From Octopus bimaculoides (lineage: Eukaryota): a stretch of 64,000 nt of DNA. Both the position numbers and the translations under genes were made by a program. The stretch covers positions 25,721,910 to 25,785,909 of the forward strand of contig NC_069001.1 in assembly GCF_001194135.2 (NCBI RefSeq), in the 5' to 3' direction. Positions 1-12,105 of the stretch are shown piece by piece; the first letter of the stretch is position 1, and each line of letters starts with the position of its first letter. Under the pieces are notes generated by a model. That model ran no database searches, had not been told where the DNA came from, and saw only the letters and a program-made list of their open reading frames with translations.

Positions 1-51
1 TATAAACACACACACACGTGTACACATATGTGTATATATGTGTTAGTATAC

Positions 52-88
<37 letters not shown>

Positions 89-594
89 AAATATTACAGT
101 TTTCACCCAGTCACGTTACCAACGAAATCACTCCACTTCATTGATCTACTTCATTATTTCACACAATTAATACTCCATTTAAACACTTTTTTTAGTGAAA
201 GCAAAAGAAAAAGTTTATTTTTCTTTACTTGCATTCTTATGGAAAATAGATGTATCGCGTTCATTCCGCTGAGCGATGATTAATTAGCGTGGAAATATAA
301 AGGAATTCTTTAGTTTCTCCTATTTCTCAGAATTTTATCGTTTTTCTAATTCTATTCAACAATTGTCTGCGATTTTCTACTGATTGAGCGTGTCTCGTTT
401 GTTTCACCTACCATTATCAGAAAAATGTTTTAGAATTTACGCTATTTTTCTCTCTCTCTCGTAGATACTTGTTTCAGAGCATCACGTGATCTGGTATCCT
501 ACCCATTGAGGCATACGCACATACATACATACATACATACATACATACGAACACTCACACACGCACAAACACACTTATTTAGATATATATATAT

Positions 595-694
595 NNNNNN
601 NNNNNNNNNNNNNNNNNNNNNNNNNNNNNNNNNNNNNNNNNNNNNNNNNNNNNNNNNNNNNNNNNNNNNNNNNNNNNNNNNNNNNNNNNNNNNN
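595..694. other. Assembly gap
   Basis: Run of N. Other gaps: 1203-2056, 15695-15704, 16667-16856, 39271-39357, 52769-52869, 55410-56206, 57890-57928. Most are flanked by microsatellites. Confidence 0.99.
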
Positions 695-2056
695 ATATAT
701 ATATATATATATATGCATATATATATATATATGCATTAGGAGACATACAATATAAGCACGGCTATAAACAAAACCATAATAAGAATAGTTGTGCATGCAA
801 GCATTTCTAAGGAAATCAATGTTTTTAGCCAATATGCGTATGCATCTTATTGCACCGAATTGTGCGTTATCTTGCATATACGCACGTGCCTAAAATTGTG
901 CACACACATATATATATGTGTGTGGGTGTGTATGTCCTGATCGAGATTCGTGAATCCATATCTATACGGCTATATATATGTAGAGTCACTCGAATGCATA
1001 TAACGAGTGGTATTGCGAAGAATGCTATTTACAACTCCTCGTCTCGGTTCCTTGTTTCTCGATGCTTTTTCAGTTTTAACTTGGAGGAAAAAGCTACTTC
1101 GATTTCAGAAATGCACAATTTTTTTCTTTTTTTTTTCTTTTGTAATTCGTTCTCTTTATTTTTTCTAGTTTATGAAATATGTGTATATATATATAATATA
1201 TANNNNNNNNNNNNNNNNNNNNNNNNNNNNNNNNNNNNNNNNNNNNNNNNNNNNNNNNNNNNNNNNNNNNNNNNNNNNNNNNNNNNNNNNNNNNNNNNNN
1301 NNNNNNNNNNNNNNNNNNNNNNNNNNNNNNNNNNNNNNNNNNNNNNNNNNNNNNNNNNNNNNNNNNNNNNNNNNNNNNNNNNNNNNNNNNNNNNNNNNNN
1401 NNNNNNNNNNNNNNNNNNNNNNNNNNNNNNNNNNNNNNNNNNNNNNNNNNNNNNNNNNNNNNNNNNNNNNNNNNNNNNNNNNNNNNNNNNNNNNNNNNNN
1501 NNNNNNNNNNNNNNNNNNNNNNNNNNNNNNNNNNNNNNNNNNNNNNNNNNNNNNNNNNNNNNNNNNNNNNNNNNNNNNNNNNNNNNNNNNNNNNNNNNNN
1601 NNNNNNNNNNNNNNNNNNNNNNNNNNNNNNNNNNNNNNNNNNNNNNNNNNNNNNNNNNNNNNNNNNNNNNNNNNNNNNNNNNNNNNNNNNNNNNNNNNNN
1701 NNNNNNNNNNNNNNNNNNNNNNNNNNNNNNNNNNNNNNNNNNNNNNNNNNNNNNNNNNNNNNNNNNNNNNNNNNNNNNNNNNNNNNNNNNNNNNNNNNNN
1801 NNNNNNNNNNNNNNNNNNNNNNNNNNNNNNNNNNNNNNNNNNNNNNNNNNNNNNNNNNNNNNNNNNNNNNNNNNNNNNNNNNNNNNNNNNNNNNNNNNNN
1901 NNNNNNNNNNNNNNNNNNNNNNNNNNNNNNNNNNNNNNNNNNNNNNNNNNNNNNNNNNNNNNNNNNNNNNNNNNNNNNNNNNNNNNNNNNNNNNNNNNNN
2001 NNNNNNNNNNNNNNNNNNNNNNNNNNNNNNNNNNNNNNNNNNNNNNNNNNNNNNNC

Positions 2057-2330
2057 TCCGCTCCCTCCTCCTCCGCTCCCTCCTCCTCCGCTCCCTCCTC
2101 CTCCGCTCCCTCCGCTCCCTCCTTCTCTCCCTTCTCCTCGTCCTCCTTAATCTCCTTTCTTTATTCGTATTCTTTTCTAATTATATTTTCCTCTTACTTT
2201 TCCCCTTCAACTTCCATTTCTTTTTCTTCCTTTTCCCCTCCACATCCACCTCCCCCTCCTCCTCCTCTTTAATCATCTTCATCATCATCAGCACCACCAC
2301 CACCACCACCCATCATCATCATCATCATCA
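2057..2330. repeat. Low-complexity (CTC)n/pyrimidine tract with (CAC)/(CAT)n
   Basis: ctccgctccctcctc units, then caccaccac and catcatcat. Confidence 0.9.
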
Positions 2331-2796
2331 ATTTCATTAGTGTTATTGCTTCCTTGGCAAAATTATTACACTTTTCAAGCAACGTCGTTATTTATGCGCA
2401 AATACACAGTCATACGCATCACTCACACTAACACATACGTATAGGCATAGCAGTGAATTTACATATAGATATACACATACCTTATGCAAACTTTAGGCAC
2501 ACACAAAAGAAAACTCACATATACGCACACACATATATATATATATATATATAAGTGTTTGTGTATTATAAATTTTTTATGTTGGAAGTATAATTAAAAG
2601 TAAATTATTGTAATTCGTGTTCCTGCCCACTCAACACTAATTAGATATTAAATTACATAGTTTACTTCTTGTGGTTGAATGATACAAAAATATATAAATA
2701 TATATATAAAGCACGACCATAGACATAATTATCGAGAAGTACAGACATACTTCTCCACTAGATATCCTCTTATTCGCATTGACTTTATATATTGTA

Positions 2797-2837
<41 letters not shown>

Positions 2838-2854
2838 TATATGCATGTATGTAT

Positions 2855-2897
<43 letters not shown>

Positions 2898-2937
2898 CAT
2901 ACATACACACATATATATTTAAACATATATATATACG

Positions 2938-2980
<43 letters not shown>

Positions 2981-3987
2981 CTATATCTGTATGAGTATAT
3001 GTTTATGTTTTTACATTTAGTTATATGATTTATAGGTAAAATTTTCTGTGTACTTCCGAATTCCTGAAGCAAAAATAACATCACGTTTGAATTGCGAACT
3101 CATTGCTCTAATCACATACGTCAGACGACAAATTGGTCAACCGGAGGAATAGTAAATCCTAGAATTAGCATTCGCATTTCTTTTAAATTTTGAATTATAA
3201 TTCTTTCATTCACCGTCTTAAGAATAAACGATTTAATGTTTATATCGAAAAGACCAATCCATCCAATATGTGATCACGGTTGGGCTTGTGCTAATCATAT
3301 CTGAGCGCCGAATTTGCTACGTCTTATGTCACAAAGTGAAATATCACCTTGTCTTGTACATGGATCCGCCTGGACTAGGGTTTACGATGTCAATTTTCCC
3401 AACGTGAAGTCGCGTGTTCGATTTGTGGATAGATCTTGGTTCGTTATGTTTGTGTTCCTAAACATTACACAGTAATGCCTCAATGTACAATTGAATTTAT
3501 TTCCGGTGATCCCTCGTAATGAGAACACTTGTAGAGGAGAACAATAATTTTCCATTGTAGCAATGAAATTTTATGCTGTCATTTTAACCCGACTCTGTGT
3601 GGACGCATCAAACGCTGTGCTGCCTCACGTTGCGACGTTGTCACACACATACACACATAAAATATCTGTTTAACCATTTCATATTTATTATAAAATAAAA
3701 CTCATAAAACTGGGTTCTCGTAAAGCGAGTACTCGTAAAATGAGGTATGGCTTTATTTCATCTTCTCGCTTGAAATTCTTAGCAGTAGTTGGAAGTTTAC
3801 TTTTGAAGCAAATGGTGTCCTTCGCCATATGAGATATCTAGAACACGTCACCATTTAGACAACTTGGACACCGAGAACCCTGCACATTACTTATCCAGAT
3901 GGCTGGAGATAAACTTGCACTTTGAGTTCAAACATCACCCAGAGCTAATTAGGCTTTTGTTCTTTCACTTTAGATAAATACAGAGTA

Positions 3988-4373
3988 TTGTTGTTGGCAC
4001 TCCGTCGCTTACGACGTCGAGGGTTCCAGTTGATCCGATCAACGGAACAGCCTGCTCGTGAAATTAACGTGCAAGTGGCTGAGCACTCCACAGACACGTG
4101 TACCCTTAACGTAGTTCTCGGGGATATTCAGCGTGACACAGTGTGACAAGGCTGACCCTTTGAATTACAGGTACAACAGAAAAAGGAAGTAAGAGTGAGA
4201 GTAAGTTGTGGTGAACGAGTACAGCAGGGTTCACCATCATCCACTACCGGAGCCTCATGGAGCTTTTAGGTGTTTTCGTTCAATAAACTTTCATAAGGCC
4301 TGGTCTGGAAATCGAAACCGCGATACTATGACTGCGAGTCCGCTGCCCTAACCACTGGGCCATTGCGCCTCCA
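3988..4373 (-). mobile_element. tRNA-derived SINE-A, full length
   Basis: Reverse complement starts tggaggcgcaatggcccagtggttagggcagcggactcgc (A box) ... ggtttcgatttcc (B box) and ends in a (caa)n tail. Highly similar to 53480-53874 and 11766-12105. The head resembles tRNA-Arg. Confidence 0.93.
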
Positions 4374-4908
4374 CAAATGCAGAATAACAGTGTAGTGAAA
4401 AGAAATAGAAGGACGTATAATATTATGGGGCATAGAATAACACGTTGAAACGGATTTTCTTTTGGACTGAAATAATATTAATCTGCCAGGATACTTAAAC
4501 TGTTCATTCTTCTTCTTAGATTTAATAATAATTTGTTTCCTCACTCCGACAAATCGCACAAGAGCAGGGACAGAGAATTGTGCTTTTACTGTCTATGCGA
4601 AAATGAATATCAATTTTCATATTTCCTAACTGATAGCTAACAATATTTATTATGTTTTCAACTCTTTGTGGCTCCCTTGTGCTCCTTCATATTCTTTGGA
4701 ATTTGAGATCAAAGTTGCTTTTCATTTACGAAACATTAAATTCAAATTGCATTATAATATTAGTCTTTTGAGAAACATATGTTAATTTTAGGAATATGGC
4801 ACGCCTCCGATGACGCGACTTTGCTAGAATTACTATCTAAATTTAAAATTATAGTCAGTCATATATAACAGTGTCTTTATTACTTTTAAGGGAAATATTA
4901 CCGCACTA

Positions 4909-5116
4909 TGAGGTGGGTACTGAAAAGTTCCTGGCTTTGTGAAACAGAAAATATAGGAGGATCATTTAATTATGTCCTTTATCAACATATTCTCCTCTCA
5001 GATCAACACACTTATTGCAACAGTTTTTCTAATTTTTTTCCTAACTCGGAATGTTGGGCCTCCAACAAGGCTTTTCGTGATACCCTCAAATCCAGAAACT
5101 TTGTAGCACCCATTCG
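4909..5116 (-). mobile_element. Mariner-derived MITE (family M1)
   Basis: TA at 4907-08 and 5117-18. TIRs tgaggtgggtactgaaaagttcctgg and reverse-complement cgaatgggtgctacaaagtttctgg. Minus strand reads CNKCVDLRGEYVDK, a mariner transposase C-terminus. Confidence 0.85.
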
Positions 5117-5612
5117 TATAATGTAGGAAGAGCTACAGCATAGAAACCTTCAAACCAATGTTTGATTATTTACCAAATATGTTGCAGGAAATATCTTTTT
5201 GATATTAATAGTAACTAGTTTTTAATATTCCGTAGAGAATATTGCGCAACGTGTGTAACCCTGTACATTTTAGAGTTAGTATTTCATTCATATGACCCAT
5301 TAATGCTAAAAGTTGGGTGCATTCCTTGCATACCCTCTATCCCAGTTCATATCTGCATGGAAACTGACCTGTATTACAATAGGAGAATTTTTTCTGTTAT
5401 AAACACAAGTTATTTATGTTTGCACTTCGTAGAGGTTTTGTTGGGAAAGTTCCACTACAATTTCTTTTCTAATTATGTACAAATATGTTCATATATATAC
5501 ATATATATAGTAAATAAAAAAAAAGAACAAACACGAGAAAAAAACAACAACAACTCGAGGACGTGGTACATGCAAAGTATTAGCAGACGCTCAGGGAAGG
5601 AAAGAAATGTGA

Positions 5613-5646
5613 TTTTACGTTTCGAACAAAGCTCTTCATCAGAAAA
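5613..5646 (-). ncRNA. Minimal hammerhead ribozyme-like motif
   Basis: Minus strand: UUU-CUGAUGA-A-GAGC-UUU-GUUC-GAAA-CG-UA-AAA. Core intact, 4-bp stem II, palindromic ACGU stem III, 3-bp stem I. Confidence 0.6.
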
Positions 5647-5844
5647 TGGAGACAAAGGAAAGTCCAAGAGGAAAGGCAGTCGGAGGCAAAAAGTCGCCAA
5701 CGATTCACATGTGGTGATATGTTGAAAATGCATATATAGTAATATTGGGTGTGCGTTTGTGTAGTTTCAAAATGTAACCACATGCAAATCGTTGGCGATT
5801 TCTTTCCTCCATCTTCCTTTCTCTCGGACTTTCCCCTGTCTCCT

Positions 5845-5879
5845 GTTTCTGACGAAAAGCTTTGTTCGAAACGTAAAAC
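5845..5879 (+). ncRNA. Minimal hammerhead ribozyme-like motif (stem II base pair mutated)
   Basis: GUUU-CUGACGA-A-AAGC-UUU-GUUC-GAAA-CG-UA-AAAC. 4-bp stem I, with G10.1 changed to A. Confidence 0.5.
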
Positions 5880-6182
5880 TACCTTTCTTTCCTTCCCTGA
5901 ACGTCTTATTAATACTTTGCATGTACCACGACCTCGCGTTGTTGCTTTTTCTTGTGTTTGTTTTTCGTTTTGGGTATTTACGATATATATGCCCCTTAGG
6001 AGGTACATCTGCACCGAAGGGTGAAATGCAACCCGTTGTATAGTATCCCGCCCTCCAGGGACGGATGCAAATCTAGTGGAAACGATCGTTGTGATGCGTA
6101 TTGCAGTGAATTCCATTTTGATTTCCCTACCCGCATTTGTTATGTATGTGTGAGCATGTCTGTATTTTAATATATTATATAT

Positions 6183-7325
6183 AAGGACAACATTTATCGG
6201 CAAGAATTGGGGACTGCGATGGGTACGATAACTGCCTACTCTATTGGTAACCTAGAGATGGGATATCTAGAATTCAGTCTTTATCGTAAGTTACTAGAAA
6301 AATACCGCAACCCATTCTCCCTTTACATAGAAAATAACTGGAAAAGGTATCTGGATGAATGTTTCATTCTTTGGCATGAAAGGATAGAGAGCCTTAAATA
6401 ATTTCAAGCACTTATGAATGGACTTCACACATTCAATTTACGATGGAATATAGGCATCAAGAACTTCCATTCCTTGACATCCTCATTACGAAATGTAACA
6501 ACGAAATAGAAACAGATATATACTATAAGCCCACGGACTCCAAGTAATATCTACTGTTTAACACATGCCACCCCAGACACACTAGAATGAACATCCCTGT
6601 CAAACTAGCAAAAAGGATTTGTACTATAATTTCTAATACAAGCAACAGGGACACACGACTACATGAACTAAAGGATACACTCATTACCAGGAACTACCCA
6701 CCATCACTAGTTGATATAGGCTTTCAACCAGCCGTACAACTCAACATCCACGAACTCAGACATCCCAAATTAAAGATGGATTTACATCTCCACACACAAC
6801 CCCCTTAACAATGAAGATTTCGACAGCATCATCCAGAACATCCCTTACTAAAAAGGGAGCACAGAATGAATTTAATCCCCGATACGCGCACCATCATAAA
6901 AAGCAAAAGGCAACCCAAATCTATGAAAAGTCTCCTAACAAAAGCCCAAGTATGTTCGACAACAGCATTGAAGCCGACAATAAAACAATACGGAACACTT
7001 AACTGCGGTATATGTGTCAAACTAATTGAGGGATCAGAAAGAGTTGTCTTTCAGACAGGGTGAACGTTTTACTGTAAAAAGCAACTTCACGTGTGCTTCG
7101 GAGAACCTGATATATGCATTAACTTGTTCTAGGTGTCGACATCAATATATAGGCCAAACCCAAAACAGTCTACGTCAAAGGATGGCTCTTCAAAGATTCC
7201 AGATCAACATTCGGAAATACAGAAAAACTGCGTTCAGCGAACACCTCGAGATTTGCACCAATAACAAACAACTCAGCTTCAGAATTTTTTCCCCACTATC
7301 AATTCAGGGACGATGCAACCTGTAG
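6183..7325 (+). mobile_element. Penelope-like element, 5'-truncated and decayed (RT C-terminal half + GIY-YIG endonuclease)
   Basis: KDNIYRQELGTAMGT, NWKRYLDECFILW, IQFTMEY..LPFLDILI..TDIYYKPTD..YL..CHP, a linker CGIC, and FTCASENLIYALTCSRCRHQYIGQTQNSLRQR. Contains stops and frameshifts. The Cys-rich linker suggests the Neptune group. Confidence 0.92.
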
Positions 7326-7422
7326 TCAGCATAAAATATAAACCCCTTTTGTATGCGTCCACCACAAATGGCACTATTACAAGGGCCTTAGCATGATACC
7401 CACGCAAATATTAAAAACGATG

Positions 7423-7470
7423 TATTCAGAACCCGTGAATTTATTCAGAACCCGTGAATTTATTCAGAAC
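7423..7470. repeat. 19-bp tandem repeat x2.5
   Basis: tattcagaacccgtgaatt repeated. Confidence 0.9.
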
Positions 7471-8029
7471 GATTCCAGTCACTACTATTACAATCAAAAC
7501 ACGTCACTTTTAAGTCGCTTGACAATTTAAGAGGATACCACCAACATCCTACTACTGTCATACCACTCCCGCATTCTTCTTCTTCTTCCCTGACAAGAAT
7601 TCACAACGACCTCGGACCCACAAGAGAGACAGACAGGCATAAACAAAGAAAATGCCCCTTGTATTTGAATACTATGCAAATATTCTTTTAAAAAACTTTT
7701 CTTTTAATTTTCTGAAAATTTAATTGCTTTTTATACTTACAGTTTAAAAAGTCTCAACGACTGAAACTGGTACTGAAATCGTTTTTATAAAATTATTTTA
7801 GCATTTTCTACCTTGAATTTGTTTCCATATATATCAACTTGTGTGTTCCTTTTCACCTCCCCCCCACACTTATTTATTTATATATGTGTGTAACTTGCTT
7901 ACTAAAGTGTCGAAATGATGGTGGCCAAATCAAACTCACAAACGATCGGCTTAGAACTTTCTTATCGCTGCGTCAAGAAAATACGTTACTGTTGCTGCAC
8001 TGTCATGCTGACGATGTCTCGATGACAGC

Positions 8030-8560
8030 CTGGCATGACGATAACGACACTAAGAATTATAGTGGCGATGATGATGACGATGAGGGTGATGACAACGACG
8101 CCGACGGCGATGACGAAAACGACGATGGTGACGACTATTGATATGAAAGATATGATATTAACAATTGGTTGCATGATAGCAATACGACAGATTTCTATGG
8201 CAGAGTACTTAAAATTTGACGTAGAGCAGGATTAGCAATAAAATTTAAATCGTTTCTAAGTGGGATATAAATCTATATAATGTTGGGGGGGGGGCTTTCG
8301 TTGAGAAGATATCCGTTTTACAATAACAACTACTACTACTACTACCACTACTACTACCACTACTAGCATCCAAAGCGTTAACTCCGCCACCACTACAAAA
8401 AGCATCAGCACACTGCTGTTGTTGGTACTACTACTACTACTACTATCACCACGTCTCCACAAACACGACCAACACTATTATTATTAGCGATAATACTAAA
8501 GCTGCTGATTCTACTAATACTAACACTGCTACTAATATTGATGATAATGACAATAATAAT
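8030..8560. repeat. Degenerate trinucleotide tracts (GAT/GAC, TAC/CAC, AAT)
   Basis: gatgatgacgatgag..., tactactactaccac... Confidence 0.85.
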
Positions 8561-8775
8561 AATGATTTCAAACTTTTGGCACATGGGCAGCCTGTGGGGA
8601 AGGAATCAAGTCGATTAATCCGACTTCAGTGCGAACCTGGTAGTTATTTAATCCATCCTGAAGGAGGAAAGGCGAAGTCGATCTCGATGGAAATTCAGCT
8701 CAGTACGTAACGGTAGCCGAAATACCACTAAGCATTTCGCCCGGCGTGCTAACGGTTCTGCCACCTCGCCGCCTT
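8552..8775 (-). mobile_element. tRNA-derived SINE-C
   Basis: Reverse complement starts aaggcggcgaggtggcagaaccgttagcacgccgggcgaaatgc. The (AAT)n tail is at the left. Matches 15249-15360 and 17161-17383. Confidence 0.88.
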
Positions 8776-8788
8776 AGTGACATAAACA

Positions 8789-8789
<1 letters not shown>

Positions 8790-8822
<33 letters not shown>

Positions 8823-9830
8823 TTTCATATTAGCCACAAGGGCTGAAATACAATAACATTAAAGCACATGCAACAACATAAAAGACAAAAGCAGGACGAT
8901 AAAATAGGATTTCCGCGTGTGAACAAAGAATAGCAATAACAAAGTAAAACTTCCAATAGGGGAGGCACTTTAAGGTCCTCATGGAAAACCCCACGATAGC
9001 TACGGGTGCCTGATCAACAGGGCAAGAGCCCTTCCCCTTTTATTTCTCACAGGTATATGCTCAGAATTGGTCCTTTCACACTGGCCATTCTTCCTACATT
9101 CACCCACCTCTCAACAAAGTTGCTAGTAGGCAACTCTTCTCTCTCCACCCTCAACTTCATTTTCAAGGGAAACTTCAAAGAGTTGATGAGGACTAGGTCT
9201 AAGAGGAAAGTGTCTGTCTTTAGCCCTTTCAAACGGGTTCGCCATAAGAGGAGCGACGGGGCAATCTTCCCAATGGATTCAGCTGGTAAGCAGGTCTATC
9301 ATACACAGCAGGTGTTCGGCATACACCCACATGTCAACATTACTCGGCCACTGGAATGGTTTCATTGTTCTGGGCGCACCTCGGGCACGTCCCGCTGACT
9401 GCAAATACGTACCTGTAAAGTTTATCTCGAATAGGTAGCACTTCTCGGTAGCACTTCCAGGCAAGGGATTTCTGGAAGTTATCCATAGGTCCAGGCCCGA
9501 AAGTTCTCCGAAACAGACCGGTTAGTTGATATTTCCCTCCACTAGTCCTCTGTAGAATGCTACAATGGACTAGCACTAACCACATTTCCCACCTGACGGA
9601 GTGCTGTGAGCGCTTGACGGCACTTGAGGTGCCAAGCGCCCGTCCTCGGTCTACGCCTAATCCAGGTTTTCAGCTCTATCAATGAGACAAGCTGTGGAAA
9701 AGTGTGCCTAACAGACTGTAACCACACCTGCTCACCGTCACGGAAACGCTGGAGATGCCTCAACCTCAGCTCACGTCTGCGCATCAGTAAGCAAGGAATG
9801 CTCTGCCCTCCATTCAGCGGCAGTTGACAG
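8790..9830 (-). mobile_element. 5'-truncated L1/Tx1-type LINE, 3' end
   Basis: Minus frames read QKSLAWKCYREVLPIRDKLYRY..TCPRCAQNNETI (zf-RVT-like Zn domain), then a C-terminal segment, a 3'UTR and an (ATT)n tail at 8790-8820. GC is higher than the flanks. Confidence 0.8.
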
Positions 9831-9962
9831 CAGATGGAGTTGTCACACAGGTTTAAAAACTTTTCGTGGAATGAATCGACCTCAGTAGTTATATTTTTTA
9901 AAACCCTTTACATATTATGTCGGTTTTTCTTTTTTGCCGAACCGAGAATATTAACGAGGATG

Positions 9963-10015
<53 letters not shown>

Positions 10016-10037
10016 ATATATATATATATATATATAC

Positions 10038-10201
10038 ACGACGGCCTTCTTTCAGTCCCGTGCTCAAAATCCACTCACAAATCCTTGGTCGGCCCGAGGC
10101 TTTCGTAGAAGATTCTTACACAAGACGCCACGTAATGGGAGCCAAAGCTAGAAGTATGTGGTTGGGAAGCAGTTTTTTAACTGACAGCCGCGTCTGCGCC
10201 T
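10038..10201 (-). mobile_element. SINE-B, 5' half, truncated at internal (TA)n
   Basis: gacggccttctttcagt...ccactcacaa...ggtcggcccgagg...ctgcgcct matches full SINE-B copies. Confidence 0.85.
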
Positions 10202-10849
10202 ATAATACTTGAAGTATCTAATGAGATTTTGGTCGAATAGAAAGTTGCCTCTATTCAACATTTTCGAATGAATCCATCACTTAATCTCTTTTGCTACAGC
10301 TACCAAACAGCGAAATACCTGGCACCCTTCTCTGACACAGAAAAGTGGTGCCTCGATCTTCTGCCTACATTCGGGGATTTGACCTCCCATAAACTGGCAG
10401 AATATAGTTTAAGTAATTCGATCCCAATTCATGGCTATTATGTTATATTACTGTCCATGCGAGGATGAAAAATAAAATCTTGTGTGTGATTCAGAAATGT
10501 TGGTAAGCAGATAGACAATGATAGTACTGGCAATGGTCGAAATATACATAAAATAGTTCGAACACTTGAAGACAATTTTGGCAGATAAAGAGCGCAATCT
10601 GGAATGTTCTATGTTGAGAAGTCTGAGGAATGATGAATTGTAGAGAACTGATATCGAGAGAGGCACGTGTGGGGAAAAAGGAGAGAATAAGAGAGGGAGA
10701 GAGAAAGGCGAAAAGAAAGAGAATGAGAGAGATATTGAGATGTAAAAGCAAATGAACGATGGCAGAAGAGTGTGGGAGAAGAGTTTGGTAGAGCGGGTGT
10801 GTACTGTGGTCCATATGCGTTTTTTTTCTTCTTTTTTGTTAGGGTCACG

Positions 10850-11098
10850 CCCCCCCCCAAAAAAAAAAAAACAATACGAAATTGTTGAGACACAGTAGTA
10901 TATCAAGGGTCCATGAAAAAATGTTGGTTTAGATGTGTTACCAGAAACAACTAAATTTCTTAAATCTTTTCAAGCTGCACAAGTTAATGTGTGAAAAACA
11001 AAATCGGAATATTAAACATCAGATGGCAATGGGGGTCTACCAGAATAGTATAGTAATGAAAGGGGTCCATAGAATAAAATACAAATAAGAACCACTGA
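10850..11098. mobile_element. Probable remnant of hAT-like MITE
   Basis: Recurrent ggggtccat motifs and a terminal aagaaccactg (reverse complement CAGTGGTTCT, a hAT-like TIR). The left TIR is not recognisable. Confidence 0.4.
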
Positions 11099-11765
11099 TT
11101 AGGAGAGAAGTAAAATTTGGGAAAGTGTGGTCGAATACTGGGGGATATATAGGGAGAAAAGAGATTGGAAAGGAAACGAATGAGCTTAACATAAAGGAAT
11201 ATAGAACTTTAACTGAGTTAACAATAGTAACGGTTAAACAGGAAAGGCGACGTTATGGCAGAGGTAGGCAGAATAAGGGAAAAATAGATGGTTTCTGGTT
11301 ACATAATAATTCCAGTGCCACCTGGATTGTTAGAAAGAAAAGGTACAACGAATAGAGTCATTAGAAAGGAAAGGAATGGGCTGTAAGAGAGTGAACGGTA
11401 ACGGTTATGAACGAAAGGCAACGCTATGACAAGTGCGGTTAGAATAATGGAGCAATAGAAGTCAGAAAGAAATGGTACAAATAATAGGGCGAGAGTTTTT
11501 ATAAATTTGTGAGGTTTTAAAGCAAAACAAACAAATATATAATAGCTGTCTATATGTCACGTAATTATGTGCATATAAAATAAACTCATTGATGTATAGC
11601 TACATAGTCACGCATTAATGAATGCACAAACGCATGCAAACACACTTACAAAAGACACGCATCAATCCACATGTATTACCATAAATGCATACCTTCACGC
11701 ACACACACACACACACACACACATACACATAAGCATGTATGTATGTATGTTCGTTTCGTTAGTTT

Positions 11766-12105
11766 CGTTGGCAATCCGTCGCTTACGACGTCGAGGGTTC
11801 CAGATGATCCAATCAACGGAACAGCCTGCTCGTGAAATTAAAGTGCATGTGGCTGAGCACTCCACAGACACGTGTACCCTTAACTTAGTTCTCGGGGATA
11901 TTCAGCGTGACACAGTGTGACAAGGCTGACTCATTGGATTACAGGCACAACAGAAACAGGGAGTAAGAGTGAGAGAAAGTTGTGGTGGAAGAGAACAGCA
12001 GGGTTCGCCACCATCCCCTGCCGGAGCCTCGTGCAGCTTTAGGTGTTTTCGCTCAATAAACTCTCACAACGCCCGCTGCCCTAACCACTGGGCCATTGCG
12101 CCTCC
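11766..12105 (-). mobile_element. SINE-A with 40-bp deletion removing the B box
   Basis: Reads acaacgcccg|ctgccctaacc, where other copies have 40 extra nt. Confidence 0.92.

Larger units (their letters stand above)
5500..5991. repeat. Fold-back element: ~232-bp inverted arms (5500-5732 / 5760-5991) with a 27-bp spacer, probably Penelope-LTR derived
   Basis: Arms align throughout, e.g. gtggtacatgcaaagtatt / aatactttgcatgtaccac and acgtttcgaacaaagc / gctttgttcgaaacgt. Roughly 80% identity by eye. Confidence 0.9.

Noticed and set aside
506-2980. Long ORFs (496 aa, 366 aa, YIYI/HTHT peptides), and similar ones at 55228-56364 and 61525-62097
   Set aside because: These are translations of N gaps and dinucleotide microsatellites.
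4300-4373. tRNA genes at SINE heads (also 53480, 15095, 39840)
   Set aside because: They continue into SINE bodies and lack a proper acceptor stem.
7745-7790. Possible hammerhead at the Penelope 3' flank (ctcaacgactgaaactggtactgaaatcg)
   Set aside because: The CUGANGA core and stem II cannot be formed without several changes.
7839-8141. Asp-rich ORF
   Set aside because: It is a degenerate (GAT/GAC)n microsatellite with no splice or homology support.
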